Shown: positions 37,703 to 52,200, numbered from the stretch's first letter. The stretch: DNA of 56,412 nt from Lama guanicoe (GCA_013239625.1 MU054308.1:293356-349767); one strand, 5' to 3'. Notes: generated from the sequence alone by a model not told the origin. Made by a program: numbers and translations.

Positions 37703-40700
37703 CACTTCATTAGGTCTCCACACCCCTGCAAGCTGGCATTAAGCACTCATACAACCATGAAACCAGTGACTATAAAACAGTCACAAGCCTTCCTCTCCAG
37801 CATGAGGTAGCAAAACCAGCAATGATTTTCAATGACATATTTTTGGGAACGAAAACAAATGAAACACTGAAGAACAATAAACCAAAAGAGCATATGGAAT
37901 GGAAACTTTTATTGAAGAAAGCAATTATTGATTCAATTAAAACAGCTAATGTCCCTGGTATAATTGAACCATAAATCCAATTTTTTGGAACAGTGGGTTG
38001 TGAAATTACTGTCTCATTTAATATTGGAATTCCTATTTGGACCAATTTGATATGCATCACTGGTGTGAGGTTAGATATTTAGGTAAATAACAGTATTCCT
38101 ATTTTTTAAGTTAACAGGAAACATAAAACAGGACTCCAGATTTAGGGAGAGAATGCAAACAACTACTATCATACTCCATCCAGTAAGGACATGTGGCCCT
38201 GCATCACCAAAGCAATGAGAATTTGCACAAAGAAAACACAGTTCTCCAATTGTGACAAATACGAAACCATGAGCCATGAATTATGAGAATAAGCAACTGT
38301 TTAAATGCCATGGGCAAAATTTTTTTTTATCATCTTGAAAACATCACTGATGTTCTACGTAAGAAAAAGAATTGTTTTACTAAAAAATGCAACTGACACA
38401 GGGGTTTTTCCAAGTGAGAAGGTGATTCCAAAAAGTGCAGTATAATGAGTAAAGATGATCTGTGCAGTGACGGAGATGGTCTTAGACTGACAAGTGTCAC
38501 GATTCCCTGTTTTACACTTGCTTTCTGCTCATCACCTCTGACACAAGAAATCATCAAATGATTTTTTTTTCTTTAGGGAAAAAAGATAAATAAAATCTAA
38601 CTACAAGATGTGGTATGTAAAGCGGTAATGAAGTTGTCTAACCTTATAATACAGCCAGTGTAATGTAGCACTTATTCGGGCACTAGAATTTTTTAATTCA
38701 TGGTTTCTTTTATACCCTATTTCTATCCTAAAGGAGACACTTAAAGTTCTCTACTTTATTCAACATATCTTGTGAGGGTTATGATATACACTGGTATGGC
38801 AGTTTTCAGAGATTTAAATTCGCCTCTTTGGTTGTGGTCAGGAAAGGCAAGGCTCCCTCACAGCTGCGACAGAGAAGGAATCCCCGGAGTCAGCCTCCGG
38901 GCAGCTTCCGAACCGCATGTGCATGCACTTGGCACAGGACACCATCAGCAAGTGTAACTCTGACAAGGAGATTTCCCCGGGGACCTGGGAGGTGCTCTAA
39001 CATTGTGAAGCCACTTGTTTCCCGGTTAGGTAAGGCTTAGAAAAGTAGTTTATTAGAAGTTACTCCCTTTGTAAGTGCCTTGTTTCCTGAGAGGTCATTA
39101 ATTAGCATAGAATATAAAATACCCCATAATATAAGAATTTAGGTACCACGTCTTTCCATCTACCTACTTGTTTATCATATTTATACTTAGGTTACACTTT
39201 CTGTGATGTTCAATTCCGGGCACCAAAAAAGAAAGGTTACAAATTATTTCTTATAAAAAGCGGGGACTGGGTCTAAGGGTTAAAAACCACTACTGCTAAC
39301 AATAAAACCCAGATAATATTTTTAATCTCAATTGCATCAGACCTTCCCGAATTAATCCCTTAAATTCACTGTTACAACAGTAATGGAATTTCTGTTCTTC
39401 CAAGACTCGGTCCTGGTAGCCACCCCTCCAGACATCTGTCTGTGGGTCCCTACTTGTCCTCGAGACCCCCGAACACACCGTACGGGATGCACCTTCTTCA
39501 GTGTTCCTACTGTAGGGGAAACCTAGAAGTCCCAGACACTGTCCAGGGGTCACACCTACCTGCAAAAATCAAAGTCATGTGACTGAAACGGGACAGCCCA
39601 GGTTGTGTGATAGGGCTGAAAGCTCACAATAAACAGGTTTGGGGGCCTAACCCAAGCCCTCCAGCTCCTCACATGAAGAAGGAAAGGGAGGCCCAATTAG
39701 CCACGAGACTGTGGGGCTTCATTACTCCATGAATAAAGGATTTGTGCCAGTGCCACCTTTAGACAGGGAACCCCAGAACCCAGACTTGGAAGCACCCTGT
39801 CACCTCCCCTCTGAACAAATATTCTCTCAAGTCACATAGTGAGAGATGGGAGCCCCGGTGAGCTTTGGAATAAGATGCAATCTGAAAGACTGCTGGTAAC
39901 AAATGGTGTGGAGCTCGGGCAGCCCCCAGGGCCACCAGCCCTTCTGGTACCACTGATGCCCACACTTCCATCCACAACAGTTTCTTCAGGACACTTATGC
40001 ACACATAACCATCACACAAAAATGATTGCTTAGACATATTTTAAGAGAAATAACATTATGAGAATGCCAAATTCATGACAAGTCAGAGTCAAGACCCCAG
40101 ATTATTTACTGAATGAGATCTCACGTCTGCTCTGCAGTGAGCTATAAACCCTTAGGACACAGTCATGGAACAGTAGGCATTTTCTTTCTTTCCTCCAAGT
40201 TGGCTTTACTGGAGAACTCTGTAGACACAGGAAGACTCTGAATCTCACCTCTACTACTTACACAAAGGGCTCATCACGTGGAGAGGGAACAGTGCTAGTG
40301 TGACCGGCTCCAATGTTAGCACTCCAGTGCCCAGTTGCCTGAGGAGCAGAGCTCCCACCACAGGAGCAGAGACCCCCAGGAGCAGAACTCCCCCCACGAG
40401 CACTGCAGTGCCTGCAAGAATCAGGTGTCTGATGAGTGAGACTGGGCCGGGCAAGACAGGAAGCAAGCACCACTCCCTCAAGCTCTGCAGGTGATCTCTG
40501 TGTCATCTTGAATAAATATAGTCAGCATTAAAGATGTTTGACAAGAGGGTAAAGGGTAAGGCCTCCCTAAATCTCCACGCATTCCTTTAGTGGGAGTCCT
40601 GTTAGAACACATGGTGACAAGAGACGCTGGCTTTACATGCGCACGTTGCCTTCAGGGCTGCAGGGGTGGCCAAGGTTCTGCCTCTGCCCCACCTCCTGCC

Positions 40701-42509
40701 CTCATCCCCCAGACCTCACAGTGGCCACTGACTCGTTTCTCTGACTTTCTCTCCTTGGTTGTGCTGCTCTTCCAGCTTTTAAGAGCTCATAAAATCCTCA
40801 TCAGAAAATCTTTAATAATGAACCCAAGTCAAATGAAATCAACCAAAGAGACACACTGCCTTCTTCATTACTTTATATTTTAGGAAGATATTCTTGAAGA
40901 CGACTCCCTGACCTGAAGGGGTGGATGGAGGGGAAAAGAAAACAAGACAACCATTTTTGGGCCCATAAAAAATGAGAGGTAACCAGATGGTGTCTAGTCT
41001 TCATTGCACCACTCTGCCTGCCCCAGTTTCACATGCCCCTCCCAACTGAACTCATCAGAACTCGACTGAAGGAGACGGCTGTGCAAATTTATTGGAAACC
41101 AAATCAATCACTATGGAAACAGTCTCCCAAACCCAGCGAGAACACAGTAAGCTGACCAGTGCCAGGATCTGAATACGTGCAGATCCAAATTCCGACCCCC
41201 TCCCTGGTGGGTGTACTTACAGTGGGGGTGTCGCCGTGCAGTTTGTCTGCATCCAACATATAAAAATGAAAGGGACTCCAGTTTTCAACATCACAGTCCC
41301 TCTGAAACAACTGGTGGTCAATTAGCGTTTGTCGCCAGCAAAACTCGATTTTCTCCCCTGCACATGGAGGTCAACACACAGAAGTGACTGATGATCCCCG
41401 CTGCGAGTGTAGCTAAACGTTTCTAACCAAACTGGCTCCATCAGCCTCCTGATGATCAGGGGAGTGTTGTAGCCGCGGGGCTCTGCACACTAACGGCCAG
41501 GCAAGGAGGGCGCTTTCTTACATTGGGGAGAAAAAGGCTGGAGCAGCACTCGCTGGAAATAAATACTAATTAAACCTTCAGGTGCGGTTCTTGCAGCAGA
41601 ACTCACCCAATAGATGAGGCTCCCTCCTTGCTGTCCAGTCATGTGAGTCAGGCTCATTAATATACCTGTGTGTTTGGTTTAGCAAGTGAATACTGTCTGT
41701 TTTCTGGAAATTACATGAGGGTGGGAAACCTTCCAAACATGTTCATTTATTTGCTGTGGAATTTGTTTAATCCTCTTAAGAGCATTTAGAATGACAAACT
41801 TCTTAAATTAGCATGTTTGCCTGAGAGACCTTTCCAGGCACATGGGCCGAAATCTAGGACAACCCAGAAACAAATTCAAAACCGTTTCAGCTGCACAGCA
41901 CCACAGAATGTGACCAGTTTGAGAAGCAAGGATTTTTTCTCCACACACTTTTCCTCTTCTGCCCAAATTAATCAACCTCTGCTGCTCTTGTATAATGAGT
42001 ATCGTGTGACTCATCTTCTCTGCCTGTAAAATGGAAATGGGAAATACTTCTGCCCAATAAAATGTCATAGAACTATCCCCCAAAATTTTATATATTAAAA
42101 AAAAAACAGGGCTTTACGCTGTCCAGGGATATGAATCATTTATTTAATGTATCAATTGTTACTAGAATAAACTTTTTAAAATGTAACCCCTCCTCAGAAA
42201 ACTTCAACTACTATTCAATAAAAATATCACAGAAAATTTCTGAAAAGAATTTAAAGGAAAATCATATTTAACTGAATCATATTCAAGGCACACTGAATAA
42301 ATTCTGTTTAGAGAACTCCTACTTTTTTTTTAATAAATGAACTATAAGAATACACCCAGCAGTATTCAGCAAATCTTCATTCCTTATTTTAAAATTCTTA
42401 AGGCATGCTATTTTTCTTAAACCAAATGAGGAGGTATTCGCAAGCCAATGGACAACAGAATTACCTAAGAAGACATTATAAAGCAGCAAGAGTAACTAGC
42501 ACTATGTCA

Positions 42510-42690
42510 AGCATTCTGCCTGAGAGTCACTCGTACCATCTCATTTTGACCTGACTGCTTAGAGGTGAGCTCCATCAGCCCATTCAACACATGAAGAAAC
42601 TGAGGCTCTGGATGGTCATGTTTCCAGTACATGGTGGAGCCAGGATCCAAACCCGGATCTTTGTCTATAGAGCCTATGCCTTTACCAGAT
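42510..42690 (-). mobile_element. MIR SINE fragment
   Basis: cccattcaacacatgaagaaactgaggctc...ggtggagccaggatccaaaccc. Confidence 0.55.
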
Positions 42691-43754
42691 CACACTACAT
42701 TTCTCACTCTTCAAATGCACTCAGTCCCCGAGGTAACACACCTTCCTTGCGTTTCTAGGAATTTTAGGAATTACTGAATTACAAGGACTAATCAGACATT
42801 TGTGTGGCCTAATTTTATATTTTCTGGTTTTACTGAATAAGTTGAGGCCGAATTCATTCTACTTATGAGAAGTCCTGAGGTAGAAGAGAGAGGGGAAGAT
42901 AAGCCAGACATAAACAATTTCAAGGGGTCCACTTCATGAAGGAAGCAAAGTATTAAGTAAACCACTTCAGCAACATGCTTGTCAATAAGCCTTGGTGTCT
43001 CTGTCTCAGCCTGAAGGAGGGTAAGCCCTCCAGCCCATCTGCCTTCCTGTCACATACCCTGGATGTTCTTGGTTCCCTCACCTGTGACACGTGTGTTCTC
43101 CTAGGATTCTTTGTAGAGATTAAATGATAAAACTATATGCAAAGGGGCTACCTCATTGCCAGATAGTAGGCCCTGAACAAATAATAAAATTATTTTGTTT
43201 CGTGAAAATGGGAGACAAGTCTACCAATTAAACATTCCTGATAGAATCCCAACAAGCCTTTTAATTTTTCTGCCAGAAATTGTAAAATAGCATTTCTTTT
43301 TTGAAGGCTGTATCCATTCTCCCTACTTTTTACCAATCCTGGCTGTTATCCTGAAAATCTATTCCCAGAACTTGGCATCCATCTCCCATATTTAAATCCT
43401 TTAAATTTGAAGTTATGATGAAGCTTGGGCACATAAAGTTTCACACCATAATTCACAGAATAAACAAAGACCACAGGAACAGGGCCATCTCCAGACCCCA
43501 TGTGCACAGGACAGGCTCTAAACTTCACAAAATCAGAAGCATGCTATTTGAAGAGAAAGGAAATTGAATGTGATCAAGGAGGCTGACATAGAGCACCGGC
43601 CGGCTCACGAGACGAATCCGTCGCCCTCTCGTCTGACCTAAGTCATCTAACACAGTAATCCGTTGATCTCTAACTAAAACTAGAGTACGGGTAGGGTTGG
43701 AAAGTAACATTTTTTCCTACAATATATACATATTGTCAACTAAAAATTGGCACT

Positions 43755-44170
43755 TGTCATCTGCCTCTGATTTGCTTTAGTCATGAGCCACTGCAGCTGC
43801 TGACCTCCAACACCCTCTAAACATCAGGAATGGGGCGCTCTGTGCTCTGGGAAAATGGGCAGAAAAGTCTTCAGATAGTTAGACATTTTCAGGAAATTTT
43901 ATGAGCCCAAATTCTTGCATCTCTTCCTATCTAGAAAAGCACTAAAATCATTAACAGAGACACCTGCTCCTTGACTAGCAGCAGCCTCTGCCTAACCGTG
44001 TACTGGACCGCACGTCCCCCTTCACTGAAATCTTATATAATTCTGAGCTCCCCCTCATCTTCAGAGCAGTTCCTGCAAGCTCTCTGAGATGCTGTCACCT
44101 GGAATCTGGTCCTCATTTTGCCCCAGATAAACTTTAACCAACAACTCTCAAATTTTGTGTTTTATCGACA
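43755..44170 (+). mobile_element. Solo class-I LTR related to the 12.7/19.3-kb LTRs (5' bound approximate)
   Basis: gagcagttcc...tctgagatgctgtcacc...gtcctc...ccagataaa matches the reverse complement of the proviral LTR; tatataa box; ends in ...tcgaca. Confidence 0.6.
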
Positions 44171-47100
44171 GTACCACAGACATCAAGCTTACATACTTGA
44201 ATTCATAGTAAACATTCAGTATCAAACATTTCTTGACTTAAATTCCTATTTAAATGTAAATATTCCATTTCTTAAATATAACATTTTTAAATATAAATTA
44301 ACAGATATTTGTGAATCTTCGAAAAATATAGTCTAGAAAAATTTTAGCAATTAAAAAAAGCTATTGTGTGGAGCTTTAGAATTTCAAAAGTGGAAGAGAA
44401 TAGTATTGTAACTCAAGTTCTTGTTTTAAATGCAGGGATCCTGAGACCTCAAAAGACATATCAAAGTGCCTGATTTTATACACTGTCCTTTAACAGAAAA
44501 CCTAGAACTAATTTCCTGGTCTTTGAGAAACCAAGACTTCCTCTGCTGGTGCAGGGCTGAAATTTATGAAAATGGGTCGTGAGAAAGAATCAGAATATGG
44601 GGGCCTGGGTGAGGCGGCGGAAGAAAGGAGGTTCTCACCTGGTCGTGGGTGAGAAATAGGCTCCCGCAGTGCTGGTGTGATGGGCATCCCTCATGTGCCT
44701 GAAAACTACTATTTAGCACACCTGCCACCAAAACGTACACAAGCTGTTTAGCTAGAAGTCTGACCAGGAGGCTTCATCAGTGACACAAAGAGCTATTTTC
44801 ACATTAATTCTACAACTACAGGAAGCGAAAGAATAGAAAGCTGATATTAATTATTAAAAATTTACATCAAGAACCAAGGAAATTCCAAGAGAAATATAAA
44901 GAATTGTTGGAAGTTACATTATGGGAACTTACTGCCTCTTCAGCTGTCTTAAAAGCTGTGCTATAAAATGTATTTTCCTTTGCTTTTCCAAATCACATTT
45001 GAAAGAAATAATGTTTCTTAAGGGTGTTCCTGGAAATTTCTTTTATTTCCTAACACCAAATCTCAGACACTTAAAAAAATGGGGTGTTGGCATTTTGTCC
45101 AATGTTCTCTAGGCAATTTGCTGTTCCTACAAAGAACAAGGGGGGAATCACACGGAAAAGCATTTGAGCATCAGGCTTCTTACATTTGTTCCGGAAGTCT
45201 TGGGAAATAATGTGGAAATGAACAGCAGGACAGAAACCTGGCGGGAGGGTCCCTGGCTAGAAGGTGAGAACAAATGTGTTCTCCAACGTGCTCTGCTAGC
45301 CACTAGTTTAAATGAACTGAGCAATTGTTCCAGCATACACGCAGCTCTACATGAAAATCTCAACCGTTACCAGCCGCTCAGTGCAGCCCGAAGCAATGGA
45401 CGGACTGCGGAGGCCCCTGGCGGCTCATCGTGGTGCCTTACACCACGTGCAGGATGAGAGGTGCCCCCTTGCCCCCTCCCTCTCCTCCCCTCGAGGGAGA
45501 TGCCTGGTCCTCAGCTGAGCTTACCTCATAGCAAGCTGTCTCTCAGCCCTCTGTCTAAACAAGATAAAAGCAGGAAAGCTACCTGGGACTTTACAGAACC
45601 ATCCCAAAAGGGAACTGAAGCACCTTTCTTCCTTCCTCTCTGCTGCCTGGAATGTGGACTTGATGGTTGACCCTCAGGCAGCCACTTTGGGCCATCAAGT
45701 TGACGGGCTGAAAATAACAAGCATCTGGTTCTCTGACCCTGGGGCCTTCATGCAAACCAGCCTTGCGGTACCAATTGCTTGACTTCTTTATGTAAGAGGG
45801 AAATACAAGTTTAGCATGTGTAAGCTACTGCTGTTATCTGGGGAACTAGCTGTTGTACATTGCCACGGTAAGTCCTAATAATAAAGTTAAAAATTCATGA
45901 AAAACTATTTACCAATTAGTTAATAAATGATAAAGAGTTCCTGATTTTTGTTTTAATGTTATGAAATGTAAGTCAAGTTACAGCATATGCTAGTAAAATA
46001 AGACACTGTGGAGGAAAAGCAAAACAGAGATTGTAGAACAGAGACCCAAAGCATCCTCTTCTCCAAGGCACAGGAGGACAGCCGTGACTCTACGTGCCAA
46101 GGTTGGAGTCACATGGACTCCCTGTTTTCCTTGCCTTGGGTTGTGTTTTGTTTCCAGCCGTGGGAAAAATGGATAAGGCTGTTGGCCAAATCATTTCAGG
46201 AACAGTTTCCATCATGTAGAACCCCTGTCTCTTCCTTTCATCTGCCTCCTGGAATGTTCTGACACAATTAATCAGTCCAGCCGTCTAAATTGAGCAAATG
46301 GAGCTCAATCAATCTGCTTTTAGACAGAGTTAAAAAATAGACATTAAAAAGCATAACTAGGAAACCTTATCTTCCAGAGGTCATTGCACAGATGAAATAG
46401 GAGGATAGCTGTGAATTACTCTGTAAACCCTAAGTACAATACAAACAATAGTAGTACTGGTTCTATGTCACATTCATCAAAAAAGGAAAACAGAACAGTT
46501 TTCTACCAGAAGGAGAAGGTGCTTTGAAATTTTCTGTCACTTTAATTCTTCAAAATTTCTGTAAAATTGATGTCTTTAAAAAAATCAATGCACATTAGGG
46601 ACTAATTTTAATTCCTTCATCTTCCCCTGTTTAACAGATATCAAGAATGTTACCATTTCTAGACATTTTATCTAGGAAAGCCTTTGGTATACATGAGGCG
46701 CAGAGCATGACAAATTGTCAGTATCACTCAGGATAGGAAACCCATGTTTGATATCCGAACTTGAAGACATGAAGAAGATGCCTGACTTGTCCCACTGACC
46801 TTTCAAGCTATTATTTTTGAAACATTTGTTTCTTCTTGGTCCAGAACAGACATGCATTTGTTGATGTGAGACTCATTAAGTGAAAAGGTCAACCCATCAT
46901 TACCACTTTAGAGACTGAAACCTTACCCTCCTCATCCATGTGGATATAGCATCCTTACTGATTCCTAACATGAAAAATGACCACGGATGACATCTCAGGA
47001 TGCTCCAATGCAGAGGTTCTCTGCTACAGTGAGAAGGAAAGAGTCGTGTGCTTCAAGATGCACTTACTGTCTGTAGCTCACTTGGTAAGACACTGCAACA

Positions 47101-49249
47101 TGTCTAAGCTAAATCTTAAAAGTGGAAAATAGAGACAACATCCATGGCAGAGGGCATTCGGAGGCTAATTCCTTGGCCCCACTTCATCACTTCTCAAGAG
47201 CCGTGGGCAATACCTTGAGAAAGGCAGCAATATGTTACCCAACTCATCAAAAAGCTGCGCCTCCTACTAATTGACAGTAAAGCAAGTGTCATCTGGCTCA
47301 ACAGATCTCCCTGTGTCTCTACAGTGTACATCTAATTTTTCTTCATTTTCTCAGTTGGGGGACACTCCTTTTCTGAAAATCCTCCTCCCTGCAGTAGAAG
47401 TTATTAGATTCCCAATCAGAATGCAGGCTTGAAGGGGGGCAACACAGCTGAGAAAACATAAATCAGTATGTATTTCTTGATATATTTTTTGCACATGGAC
47501 TAAAAATCATTGGGTCAGTTGGACATCAATCTCATATCTAATTTACACAATTGTCAACAGTCATTTTATTACCAGCTCCTGAAACACTCACGTGGTCACT
47601 AGGTTTTTTTTCTTCCCTTGACCCATGGATTCGATGATTTCTAGCCAGACACAATAGCTTTTTGAAAAGAAGTCTGTTTCACCTTTTGCTTTTAAACTAA
47701 ATTTGTGTGCTTGACCCTGACTTCATTCTAACATTCACAAAAAGGTATCCAAGGACAACCAAATTTGACATCATCTCTAGATGTCTTGAATACAATGGTG
47801 AGCTGATTCTTCCAGATCATTAAAGTATATATGCACATTATCCTGTGGTCATCTTCAATTTGTGGTGTTTTCAGTAATCGTTACCTCTTTGGATACTTTA
47901 TCACATATTTAGCATTTCTTTATCCAATTCAGTTACATTATTATATAAGATTTCAAAAGAACTGCTTTCTCAAAATGATGATATTTAATATCTATGGTCT
48001 TTTTTAAATCAAGTAATTCAATAAGGTTGTCAAGGACAGCAGTGAAGGTTGTTTGTGGGTATTGCTGTTTCAGAGTCTTCAGTCCTGCCCCATGATCTTA
48101 CAGGTGTTTACGCATCCTTGTCAGTGTTATTACATCAGTCTATTCGGAGCTGAAATTAAACTACCTGGATGCTAATTTTTCTTTTTAAAAACAATAAACT
48201 CAATTTCCCCTTTTAATTCTTTATTGTTTCTCATACTGAGGCTCACCACTTTTCCTAATATATATATTTGGTGGGGAGGGGGGCACAGCCCTGAAAGCCT
48301 GCAGACAGCACCAACTCTATAAGATTAACCAGAGGTGGCCGTGGATGTTATGTGACTTCAGCCACTGAGCACGAGCACCTGCTGTCCCTCCAACTGTTCT
48401 GCCTCCATTGTTGACAGCCCTGAAGGTCACTGCACCTTGTAAAATTCTACAACATTACAGTTCATATATTTTTGAAAGTTATATATTTGGGAAAGTCGTC
48501 TGCTGTTTGTGTAAAAAGGGGGGTGCTTCCCTTTGCTCATTTCATGCTAAACTAAGTCCAGAAAGACACACACACACACACGCAGTTCTGAGTGCCCCCA
48601 AGGAAAAGTTTGAAAGGCTTTGGGAGAGTGGTGGCACTCAAACTTTTGGAATTTTGAGCTCTATGAAAATATCACTTATTCAGAAATTAAGCATTATAAT
48701 TCTTAAAGAAGAGATTCAGAATCACCCACAAGATAGTTACCAGAATTTTTTTAAAGAAATTATCTTCCCTAAAATCCAATGATAATTCAAATATCCATGG
48801 AAAGAAAGTAGATCAGTAATATCAAGCAATAATTTCAACACTACTGCTGATTAGCCTTCAGCCCCAACCAAAGGACATACAAATAAGATACCTGGAGATA
48901 AAGAGATGGAAAAGAGGTATTAAAAATCAAGAATATAAAAGAAGTAGTGGCCTTATGGAAACATGCTCATTTTCTTTGAAATAATTTCTTGGTTACAGGA
49001 ACTCACTCTTGAGGAACTGGAAATGCATCAAGAGGAAATCTAGTAGGGAAAAGAAAGAGAAGCAAGTCTCAGTTTTCTCCGAGGCTGATCCTAAATGAAA
49101 AAAATTTTCCTTGGCTTCCAGAATAGACAACCTGCATGGTTCCCTTAGCAAAAGAGTGAGATGGAGAGAAAACTGAATGTATGTGCAAACCATCCTTCAC
49201 CGACCCTGTTGGAACACAGAATTTTGGTGTTAGTGGCACTGCCTTACCT

Positions 49250-52200
49250 ATAAATATAAGAGAAGGAACAAGCTCTAATAAGGTTTTTGAGTGAAAAATA
49301 CTTTTAGCTTTAAACCTACTCTAGGAAACATGCTGAGAAATCATGGTAAGTGCTTGAGTTGTAGCCTTGCTGTTTACGTTACATAAAGGAAATAGTCCCC
49401 ACATGTACCATTTTGGGAATGGAATCTGTGTTGCAGCTTCCTTCACTTAGGTTTTTATAACCCTGAGTTTCTGATCACGGGGAATTAGACTAGTTACATA
49501 TCTAAGGGGAAGCAAAAACTCCAGGGTTCTTTTCCATTGCAAACCGCTTTTACTTGAGACCGGCTTTAAGAATCATGCTGAGAAATCAGAGTAAGTGTTT
49601 CTACATGTCACTCTACATTTTATGCTGGATGAAAGAACGCCTCTCCACATGGTCACTTCTGACATCAGTATGTGTGTTGGAGACGTCCTTCACATAACTT
49701 CTTGGAAAGCCAGAGTTTCTGGTCTAGAGGAACTAGGGTACTTACATATCTAAGGGGAAGAAATCACAGCAATCGTATTTTCCAGAGCAAACAATTTTTA
49801 TATTGAAACCGGCCCTTGAAAACATACAGAGAAATCAGAGAATGTCTTACTACAATTCACTCTACCTTTTATGCTGGATAAAAGAACGCCTCAACACATG
49901 CTGAATTCTGAGGGTTTAATGTGTGTGAATACCGTCAAACACTTAGCTTGATGGGAAGACACAGTTTCTTTTGGGTGGGTAACAAGACTACATACATATA
50001 TAAGGGGAGGTATTAATTGCAACTCAGTTTTACACTGAAAATTATATGAACTTTATACAGGCACTAAGAAACAATACAAGAAATCAGAGTAAGTCTTTCT
50101 ACTGCAATCCATTTCTTTTATGCTAGATTAACGAACGTTTATTCACAGTTAATTTCTGAGGGTTGAATGTGTGTGAAAGCAAACAATTATCTCTTTTGTC
50201 AGGAAAACACAGCCTCTCTTTTGTGGGGAATCACAAAACATATATATATAAGGGGAGGACTAGCTACAATTCGTTTTAACAGTGAAAATTGCATAAACTT
50301 CAAAAAGGCACAAGGAAACATACTGAGAAATCAGACTGTTTCTACTGTTCCCCACGCGTTTAATGCTAGATGAATGAACACCTCTTCACATGATCAATTC
50401 TGAGAGTTGAATGTGTGTGAAACACGACAATAATTTGGCTACATGGGAACATATTGTATCTTTCTATTGGGGAAACAACTACATAAATATATACGGGGAG
50501 GTACTCGCTAAAACAATGTTTCACAGAGAAAACAGAATGAAATTGAAACAGGCACTAGGAAACATACAGAGAAATCAGAGTGTTTAAATTGCTCCACATT
50601 ACACTAATGCTTCATGAACTATATTCTCTGAACATGATCAAATCTGAGAGATGAATATGTGTCTAAGAATACAATAACTACAAAAAAAGGTTGTTCGGAA
50701 CACACAGTTGAATATGATCTACAGATATATATAACGGTAGGTACAAGCTTCAACTCGGTTAAAAACAAAACGGCATAAATTTCAAACGGGCACTAGGAAA
50801 CATACTGAGAAACCAGAATAAGTGTTATTATTGCGACCCATTCATTTAAGTCAGATGAACGAAAGTCTATCCATGAGCAAAACTTTGAGACTTAACTGTG
50901 TGTGAAAGCAGTAAATGACATAGCTTCTAAGGAACATACAGATTCTTTTCAGTGGGAAACAACAGGACATAAATATATACGGGGAGGTACAAGCTAAAAA
51001 CTCGGTTTACAGTGAAAACTGTTGGAACTTCAAACTGGCACTAGGAAACAGACTGAGAAACCAGAGTTAGTTTTTCTCCTGCAACGTGTTCCCTTGGGGC
51101 TAGATGAACAAACCTCTCTCCACATGCTCAGTTCTGACAGGTAAGTGTGTGTGAAAGACTTCATTCACATAGCTTGTTGGGAACACAAAGTTTCTTTTAG
51201 TTTGTAAACTCCAATAAATACATATATATGGGGAGGTACAAGCTCCAACTCGGTTTTACAGTGAAAACGGCAGGCACTTCAAATCGGCACTAGGAAACAG
51301 ACTGAGAAACCAGAGTAAGTGTTTCTCCTGCAACCCGTTCCCTTTGTGCTGGATGAACGAACATCTCTCCTCATGCTCAGATCTGAGAGATAAGTGTGTC
51401 TGAAAGCCGATCTTCACCTAGGTAGTTGGGAACACATAGTTTCTTTTCAGATGAATATTCCACCAAATACATATATATGGAGAAGCACAAGCTTCAACTC
51501 AAGTTTACAGTGAACACTGTTGGAATTTCAAACCCGCATTAGGACACAGACTGAGAAACCAGAGTTACTATTTCTATTCCAAACGTTTCCCAAGGTGCTA
51601 GATGAACGAACATCTTTACACATGCTCAGTTCTGAGAGATATGTGTGTGTGAAAACTTTCCTTCACTTAGCTTGTTTGGAACAAAAAGTTTCTTTTCAGT
51701 TGCACAATCCTCTACATACATATATATGAGGAGGTATAAGCTGCAACTCGGATTTACAGTGAAATCTATGGAACTTCAAATCAGCACTAGGAAACTGACT
51801 GAGAAAACAGAGTAATTGATTCTCTGTCAACTCCTTCCGTTGGTGCTAAAGGAATGAAAGTCTCTCCACGTGCTCAGTTCTGATAGGAAATTGTGTGTGA
51901 AAAGATAGTTTCACAAAGCTAGCTGGGAACACAAAGTTTCTTTCCAGTAGCATATTCAACCACATACATATATATGGTGAGGTAAAAGCTCCAACTAGGT
52001 TTTACAGTGAAAACAGCAGAAATCTGAGACCGGGATTAGGAAACACACTGAGAAACCAGAGTTAGTAATTCTCCTGCAACCAATTCCTTTAGTGTTACAT
52101 GAAAAAACGTCTCCCTACATGCTCAGTTCTGAGAGATATTTGTGTGTGATAGCCGTACCTCACCTATCTTCTTGGGAACACAAAATTTCTTTTCAACTGC

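Larger units (their letters stand above)
37908..49039 (-). pseudogene. Relic of the 3' end of a short-exon gene, tentatively CCDC7 (C10orf68)-like
   Basis: Minus-strand exon-like segments with pyrimidine-rich acceptor and/or GT donor: 49007-49039, 47885-48149, 46927-46964, 46654-46807, 44933-44960, 41715-41785, 39241-39295, 38331-38379 and a terminal exon from 38098 with AATAAA at 37908-37913. Stops, dead splice sites and inconsistent phases are present. Peptides TAFKTAEEA, DALKRI..KVSHP, KTILFLT*NISDVFK and IPILNETVISQPTVP weakly recall the CCDC7 C-terminus in the right order (from memory only). Confidence 0.45.

Noticed and set aside
43583..43625. Hammerhead or HDV-like ribozyme
   Set aside because: No CTGANGA...GAAA core, and no downstream P1 partner for GGCCGGC.
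47214..47331. Additional minus-strand exon
   Set aside because: The donor is plausible but the acceptor lacks a pyrimidine tract and the peptide is not recognisable.
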